A stretch of DNA of 57,428 bases, counting the filler, from Platydemus manokwari (lineage: Eukaryota): NCBI GenBank assembly GCA_037951405.1. It is 5 parts of 5 records of this genome, joined end to end, with 100 filler letters (N's around TTAATTAATTAA, not from the genome) between each part and the next. Parts side by side here need not be neighbours in the genome. Positions count along the whole stretch, not along the records: positions 48,502 to 57,428 come from JBBMOY011327983.1; 4 more parts are not named here. One strand, written 5' to 3'. Positions 50,638 to 57,428 of the stretch are shown one piece after another; positions within the stretch are counted from its first letter, which is position 1; the number at the start of each line of letters is the position of its first letter. The notes under the pieces are model-generated. The model worked only from the letters and a program-made list of their open reading frames with translations. It did no database searches and was not told where the DNA came from. The position numbers and the translations under genes are program-made.

Positions 50638-53600
50638 CTTGACCATAATGTTTATCTCTGTCATAATTCCAGCAGCGAAATTTATATTTTTCTAAAACAT
50701 CAACAATTGCTAATGCTACTTGAGCACTAATATTATCCTCGTCATCGTACAGAACAGATACATCGAAATCTTTGTATTCATCTACTGCACGAAATCTCGT
50801 AATTATACGATAACACGTTATTAGATGTTACTTACAATTTGTAAAAACATCGAAATATGTTTTATAAATGACCATAATATTAAAACGCAAATACCAAAGT
50901 AAAGTGAAAACAACAATTACAAATAGGCTTGCAACTATTATCGATGACAGGAGAGCAATATTGAGCTTATCTAAATCATAAAACAGCTAAATAACAGAAA
51001 AATCACATCTTGATTACTATCATATATCATCAATGTAAATTGTAGGTCTGCTGTAAAATTTGCTTGCTGTAAAATGCATTTGTAATTTCCTTGATCTTCT
51101 TTCTTTACATTAGTGATACGAAAACTGGAGGTAACATTAATTAAATCGGGATTGGTTTCTTGAGATCTATAGAAATATATTTATTTATAATATATTTATA
51201 ATATATTTATATACTTATTTATAAATACCTGTTAAAAGCTGTGTAAATGATGGTTTTAATTTCATGTTGTCTACTAATTGGCCAGAATGAGGTCCCATTC
51301 CCAAATAACCAAACAACTGATATCGTTTCACTTGGTATATAACTGTAGCCTTTACAAAACAGATTAACTTCTGAACCGACTTGAAATTCGGTCTTGGGAT
51401 CAGATCGATTGATATCAATTCTAATACCTTTGCTCTCTCCTGATCTCACTAATATATAATTATCACAACCATTCTTATAGCTTTAGAATTTTAAGAAATA
51501 AAGCTACTAAAAACAATAATTATCATTATAATTATATTATCTTTTAATATAATTTATTTTGTTATGAAAAATGCTGAGGAAGATGGTATAAAGATCAAAT
51601 AATCTGAATAATATTGCAAAGCACAGAATCATTGGAAGTACAAATGGTAATAAATGTTGAGTAGATCACAAAATCAACCAAAAGGTTTACTGGAACCTAG
51701 GAAATAACTCTAAAATAGATCGACATACACACAGAGATACGATAATCACATGTGCCGTCAGCCAATCAGATTCGTTCTAATATTCATCCATATTTAGAAA
51801 TTAAAAATCGGCAGGCACATAATTACAAATGGCAGTAAACTCAAATATCCACCAATGACATAAGATATATAAGGAAAATTTCAAGCAGACGCACTCAATA
51901 TATCTATAATAGGTTGAGCTCCATGAGTAACTGCCAGTCTTGTTTGCTCGGTAACTTATGTACTATTCTTAATTTTGCGTGATTTTGAGCAACCAGTTTT
52001 TTTGGTTGTTTTCTATTCTGTCTTTGACTTTTGGGTGCTGATCCCATCTTGTGTGATAGACTATCGTTGATTGGAAAAGAGGTTTAACCGTAGTTATTGT
52101 GATTGTGCTTGTAACATTTTAGTTAATATAATTTTCAGATTTAATTATTGATTATAACACCCAACATACAGAACAAATTTTATTCAATGAACAATCAATT
52201 TTCAAAGACGTAACGAATTAAGTATATAAATGTAATAAATATAAATATAAAGTAAATGTCGCTGTTCATACCATCACATGAAATTAGCTTATCACGATGT
52301 TAAATAAAAGACTTCGATTAGAACTGTCGATAAATATATAATTATCAAGTCATATCATGTACGAATACAGGTATGTCTAATGTAGATTTTAAATTTATTT
52401 ATTTATCGATCAAAATGAATTTAAATCGAAATTAATTTTCATCATCAAAGCGAAAATAAGCGAAATTGTCGGAAAATATTATCTCAAATCTATTAATTAT
52501 TTAAAGATGTCTGAAAATGCAACTCTTAATTAAAAAAGCAAAGTCTGAAATTAATGTGAAAGAAGTAATAAAACTGTTTTTGTGACCATGTAATAATCGA
52601 GCATTTTCGTTAAAATTAAATTTAAATTAAATTTTATTAAAGTTAATAATAAATTTTTATAAATACATTGAGTAAAATATGTAAATCTGACAAATATTGA
52701 CGTAAAATGAATTTGTTGTCAATGTTAAATTAGCTTTTTGTGAACAAAATATTTTGTATACATTAATATAGTAATTCCCAAATTTTTCGGGCGCCCCCAA
52801 ACTAACCCACACCAAATTTTCTTAGCTTTTAGTAGCAATTTATAAAAAGTCTTATTGTTACTATCTTTTTCATTAAATATATTAAAAAGATATATAAATT
52901 AGGTAGAAACAATGCATTTTGAAAGTAAGAACATATTTATTGCACTTAGAATAGATTTTAATATAAAAACTCGAAATTATGTTAATGAGAAGGATGAACC
53001 TGGTGTTCTGCTACCAATTTCTCTATTTTCGTCAGAAGTAACCTTAAATTACGCCTATTGACTGCAAGCAGTTTCTGTTTTTGGTTAACAAATTGGCTAC
53101 AGCACTGAAACCATGGTCTACCAAATATGATAAAGAAAATGCACTGAAGAACTTTTGAACTACAGCCCATACTTCAGGATAAGCTGTAGAGATTTCCTTT
53201 TCTAACCAGAATTTTTGGTAACTGCTTTTGAATTTAAATTTCAACTCATCATTGGTACTTGGTTTCATCAATTTTTCTTGCAATTGTGGAGATTCTGCTG
53301 TATTTAAAGACAAATTAAGCGTTTTGAGCAAACGAGATGTATCAAAATTTTAAATAATCATTTTCTTGCATTCTTATAGTATTATCGCCCCCCTCCCAAA
53401 TGAGCTTGTATTCACCAGCTTGACAAAAGTATTCATACATTTTCAATAAAAGCACATTTTTAATGAAAATCCTTTTCACTTCATTTTAAATAAAAATATA
53501 TGTGATAAACTTACGAAAATATATAAACGTTTGATGATCTTTATAACGACCTTGGTCATCAGTAGCCAAACATCGATAATAACCTTCATCAAGGAATGCT

Positions 53601-54182
53601 ACTGGCTAAATAAAACGAGATTATGATGTAATTGCTTTGATTATAAATGAATTATTCTTTCATAATTAAAAATTATATTGTATTTACTATTCATTTCATT
53701 TCAATATTAAATAATTGAAAATATTTTTTAATTAATTAATTTATTTATTAAAAAAATTAATTAATTAAAAAAATTAATAATAATAATAATAAATATTATT
53801 ATTAGTATAATTATAATTATAATTAAATTAATTGAATACATACATATATCAAACACATCTGACGATCTTCATCACGCATGTCATAATGTCCAGCAGATAT
53901 GTTTTCCCAATGGTGATAATTTAAAATCCTAAACTCCCAGTTAATTTTCGTAAATCCATTAAAACAGCAAGTGGCACATGTTAAAACAAATTCAACATTT
54001 GATATTGTAGAATTGGGAATGAAGAAGAAATAAGGTGAATCTAAGGAACATTGTCAAATATAAATATGGGATTTGATTTTGAACTAACCATTTCTAGTCT
54101 TTGGAGGACAGGAATCGTTTGGATGACATCTGTGTAGAGCTAATAAGAACAAAGAAACTACTAAAATATATCGATAAATCAT
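50638..54182 (-). CDS. IL-1-receptor-like protein: signal peptide, 2 Ig domains, TM, TIR (3'-incomplete); exons 54182-54089, 54040-53844, 53605-53515, 51448-51229, 51166-51018, 50970-50836, 50784-50638
   Basis: Seven phase-consistent GT-AG exons. Signal MIYRYILVVSLFLLAL; Ig1 LTC...INW...DEGYYRC; Ig2 VNLFCKG...VVW...EDQGNYKC; TM IALLSSIIVASLFVIVVFTLLWY; TIR box1 FDVSVLY and box2 LEKYKFRCWNYDRDKHYG. Confidence 0.88.
51560..52159 (+). mobile_element. Putative solo LTR in an intron of the Ig-TIR gene
   Basis: TGTTAT...ATAACA inverted termini; internal CCAAT boxes and TATATAA. No clear TSD. Confidence 0.4.
52769..53340 (-). mobile_element. hAT (Buster/Charlie-like) transposase 3' relic with terminal inverted repeat, in an intron
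   Basis: LQEKL...NDELKFKF...FWL...AYPEVW...SYLVDHGFSAV...LRLLLTKIEKLVAEHQVHPSH* (hAT dimerisation region). TAGTAATTCCCAAATT at 52769 resembles CAGTGGTTCCCAAACT-type TIRs. Confidence 0.85.
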
Positions 54183-54719
54183 AATATTTCAAATTGTAAT
54201 GGCATGCTGGCATCCAAAGTTCACGATAAACACAGTTGCTATTGAGATGTTTCATCAATGATAAACAATTATAAATTTAATACTAACATATTACTAACTG
54301 AGAAATGATTTTCATTATTAAAATTTTTCGTTGAAATAATTCAATTTTGAAAATTCCACAACATTAAAGATGGCATAAAGAATTTATAATAGGTCAGCAT
54401 GGAAACTCATTAGTAGATCAGTTACGAGAACATATCGCTGAAAAATAATTTCTATTATCTGAATCATCATTCGAACCCAATCGTTATTTTGAAGATTATG
54501 ATAATGTTAATTCAGATGCTCACTAAGATAAAAATGATTGCTACACTGAACAAAAATTGGAAAATAAATCACCAATTAGTTTGTTGGGTACAATGAATTA
54601 ATTTTTTTCTAAAAGCATCTTGAATCACCCAACATTGAAAATATTATTTTACTCAAAAACAAAATCGTAATAATTAAAATCTAAAAAGGAAATAAAAGGT
54701 TATCTGTAGGGATTCACAA

Positions 54720-55450
54720 TATATGATAGGTAACGAAGAGAAGGATAAATTGTGTTCTATTCTTCATGATGGGTTTGGTTTCTTCAGTTTTATCTCTTGG
54801 ACTGAGAAAAAGTGCCAGTGTATGTTAGTTAAGACTGTTGCGCTATCTAAGGTTTCAACGGGAGTCTTGGACTCAATTGTGTTATCACCACAGGTTTGGC
54901 ACTTCCTGGTCTTTGGCAGAAATAACCTTTTACTGCTGAATTTGCAGCCTTTCTGTGTAATCCAGGTTAAAGATTTAAATTGCCGCCGATGGGGTACTGC
55001 AGTGGAATAGATGGCCCACGTACTCAACCATTGTATTGGTAACCGTCATGGGGTGATCTCTAAGCATAATGTAGTACTTGAAATTGTGGCTAAAAGGATT
55101 ATTGCTTTAGGATATAATGTAGACTTCGACTACTCGCCAACTGGGATGACTTCTTTGCGTCCTGACTTGATAATCCGAACTTCGAGTAGTAAAAACATAA
55201 AAATACATACCTTCCTCGTAGATCTTAAAGTTTCACTTGATAAGGAAGAAAACTTTAAGAAAAACTTGGAGAGAAACTACTGAAAATATGAAGACCTGGC
55301 AGTTCAAATAGCTAGGCTAGGGATCCACAGAATGATGGAGTCCTGAGACGAATAGACTTAGATAATAAGAGTTCAAATGAGTTGGCTTCACTCCTTGTGT
55401 CTACTTCTATCATAGAATCATATCGGTTATTTAGATTTCACAAAGCGAAG
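54720..55450 (+). mobile_element. RLE-type non-LTR retrotransposon 3' relic (CCHC knuckle plus restriction-like endonuclease)
   Basis: WHFLVFGRNNLL, CRRW...E*MAHVLNHC (decayed CCHC), KHN, LRPDL...LVDLK (PD..D-x-K), *KYEDL; in-frame stops. Confidence 0.85.
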
Positions 55451-55835
55451 GAGGCTAGGCCTCCAATAAACAGCCCCGCCAATATGTCTAACATACAGTA
55501 ACAGAAAAAATGATGGCTTGTACATACATAAAAGAGATACCAGTAAAGGTATTTCTATTATTATTGATATTGTCTGTTGTTTATAAAGTGTATGTGAGAG
55601 ACAATATGGTCTTCTTCGCTTTTCTATTCATTTTTATGCTGTGGTAGAGCGCATTTATCTTGATTGCTGAGATCATCTCGTCAAGGAGAAAAACATCTAT
55701 AAATCGATTATAGGATATAGAATAAATATCACCTTGTATTTTTATTTTAGATTAGTAAGAAAATATCGCCACGGAGATGAGTTTTAGTATTGTTACATAA
55801 CTATATTATGTTTTTAGATTTTAGCCTGATAATTG

Positions 55836-55928
55836 ATGAAAAACGAGGTGATCGCGGAACTAGAAGATTGGATAAAAGAAAAGCGCACAGTGAACATTTT
55901 CATGCCTGTGAAAACCGACTGCAATTAA
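55836..55928 (+). mobile_element. Possible pogo/Tigger CENP-B-type HTH fragment
   Basis: MKNEVIAELEDWIKEKRTVNIFMPV loosely fits L..WI...R....PV; short and weak. Confidence 0.3.
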
Positions 55929-57428
55929 TAAAAATTGGACTACAAAAGACCTGAATTTCGGACTTTGATTTTCAAATGAGAAATTTTTATGTTTTGAAAT
56001 AAATCTTTACATCTTCAAAATAAATTAGTTACTAAAAATAGCAAACGTGAAAATAGCATTAATGGAATAAAAAATTGAACAAAGAAAATTAAATTAAAAA
56101 CACCCTTTAAAAAACTTATTGCAATTAAATCTTGTTACGTTTATCTCATTAATTCATGACACGTCTAGTGCAAATTAACACTTTCTTGGAATTTATATGA
56201 AGTATTCAGTAAACTAATCGAAATCTATTTTAAGAACTCGATAATGATAATGTTGTGAAATAACTAATTAGAAATTTTCTTATTGTAACAAGTTATCTCC
56301 ATATAACAAATCGAACAAGAAGAAAGAAATTAAAATTCGATATTTTGCTCAATTACAAAGATTATAAGAAAGTATTGTATATATGTGACTCAAAATGACT
56401 CACAATTTTTCAATTAAACAACAAAGAAGGTCTTCCTTATTGATATCGAATGTTTATTCGATATTAAGAAAAAGATGAGGTTTACTAGCACAATTAACAA
56501 AATTAATTAATCAAGCCTCAAGAAAGAAATAGTGTGCAAACTCCCACAGCGGTCAATATTTCGTAGATCTATTGTGATATGATTTCTTGGAAGATGAGTA
56601 GGGAACAATGATATCATGTTTTAAAAATGAGAACTGAATTATAATCAAGTCAGAAAAATTGCGAAGAATTTCCAACTTCATTCATTAAATGAAGTTACTA
56701 GCAAACGCAGTTCCATGAATAAAACTGTAAGCCGCTACTAATTTTAAAAAGCACGCATTGAAAACGAACTGAAAACTTACGACAACAAATTATATTTTAA
56801 TCACAATAATTCTAACAAATAAATATTTTGTAAAAATCTGATATACAATTTTTTCCAAATTGCAATTCCTTATAAATCCTCACAAAAGAAAAGACAATGC
56901 TTGAGGAATCCCTGGATTAAATCAAGGATCAATACTAACAGAATTTGAAGAAAATGAAGCAAAGAGATTTCAAGAACTAGAAGTGGCAAAATTAAAACAC
57001 AGGATTGAATAAATCTCATGACAAGTTTAAAGTATTATTGTCGAAAGTAGTAAATTTCTAAATAGAAAAGCGTGGAAAACGAATTTCGTGCATTGGTATC
57101 ATCTCAGATTTGGTGAAATAATGCTACCAGTTTAGGATTTAGACGAGTTGTGACGAGTATTTTGGATGCGATTAAAGAAAAAGTAATGGAAATTTTTTTG
57201 ATATTCTTGTTACAGATTTTCGAGGAAAATCAGTAAATGTGAAACTGTAAGTATTTTTGAAATTAGTGATATTAGTTGTCAAATACAAATTTAAATATGT
57301 TTAAAAATTGGGGTTTGTTTATTGTGTTGGTCTCGTTTATTGAAAAATGTATATCGATCCCAATTAATCCGTTTGAAGCGAGTTCTGAAAGAGAAAAGGT
57401 CAGAATGGGCTGACAGACATGATAAAGT

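Noticed and set aside
53515-53640. Initially read as a continuation of the hAT transposase
   Set aside because: It is an Ig-domain exon (DEGYYRC) with good splice sites, belonging to the Ig-TIR gene.
1-57428. CRISPR arrays, tRNA, rRNA, SL RNA or telomerase template
   Set aside because: None recognised; the sequence is a eukaryotic nuclear genome.

Overview
Very AT-rich eukaryotic scaffold window with four N-gaps carrying an artificial TTAATTAATTAA linker. It is most likely from a free-living flatworm (planarian), inferred from a Platyhelminthes-type EF-hand/dynein-light-chain (TAL) gene and many 47-62 nt GT-AG introns. Host genes, spliced models reconstructed by hand: an intronless MFS/SLC16-like transporter; a small 4-TM MS4A-like gene; a partial N/Q/Y/P-rich protein; PUS1 preceded 1 nt upstream by a COX14-like ORF (apparent dicistron); two divergently oriented intronless ABCA-like genes whose ATPase motifs are degenerate in both NBDs and whose 3' ends are homogenised; a 5-exon TAL gene; and a signal peptide-Ig-Ig-TM-TIR (IL-1-receptor-like) gene, with the last two largely missed by the ORF track. 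Mobile DNA: a mariner 3' end, a Maverick/Polinton polymerase relic, three Ty3/Gypsy relics, LTRs, two RLE-type non-LTR relics and a hAT relic. A tandem pair of type III hammerhead-ribozyme motifs with a 130-nt period lies at about 20.7-20.9 kb. All homology calls come from motif recognition by eye, not database searches.
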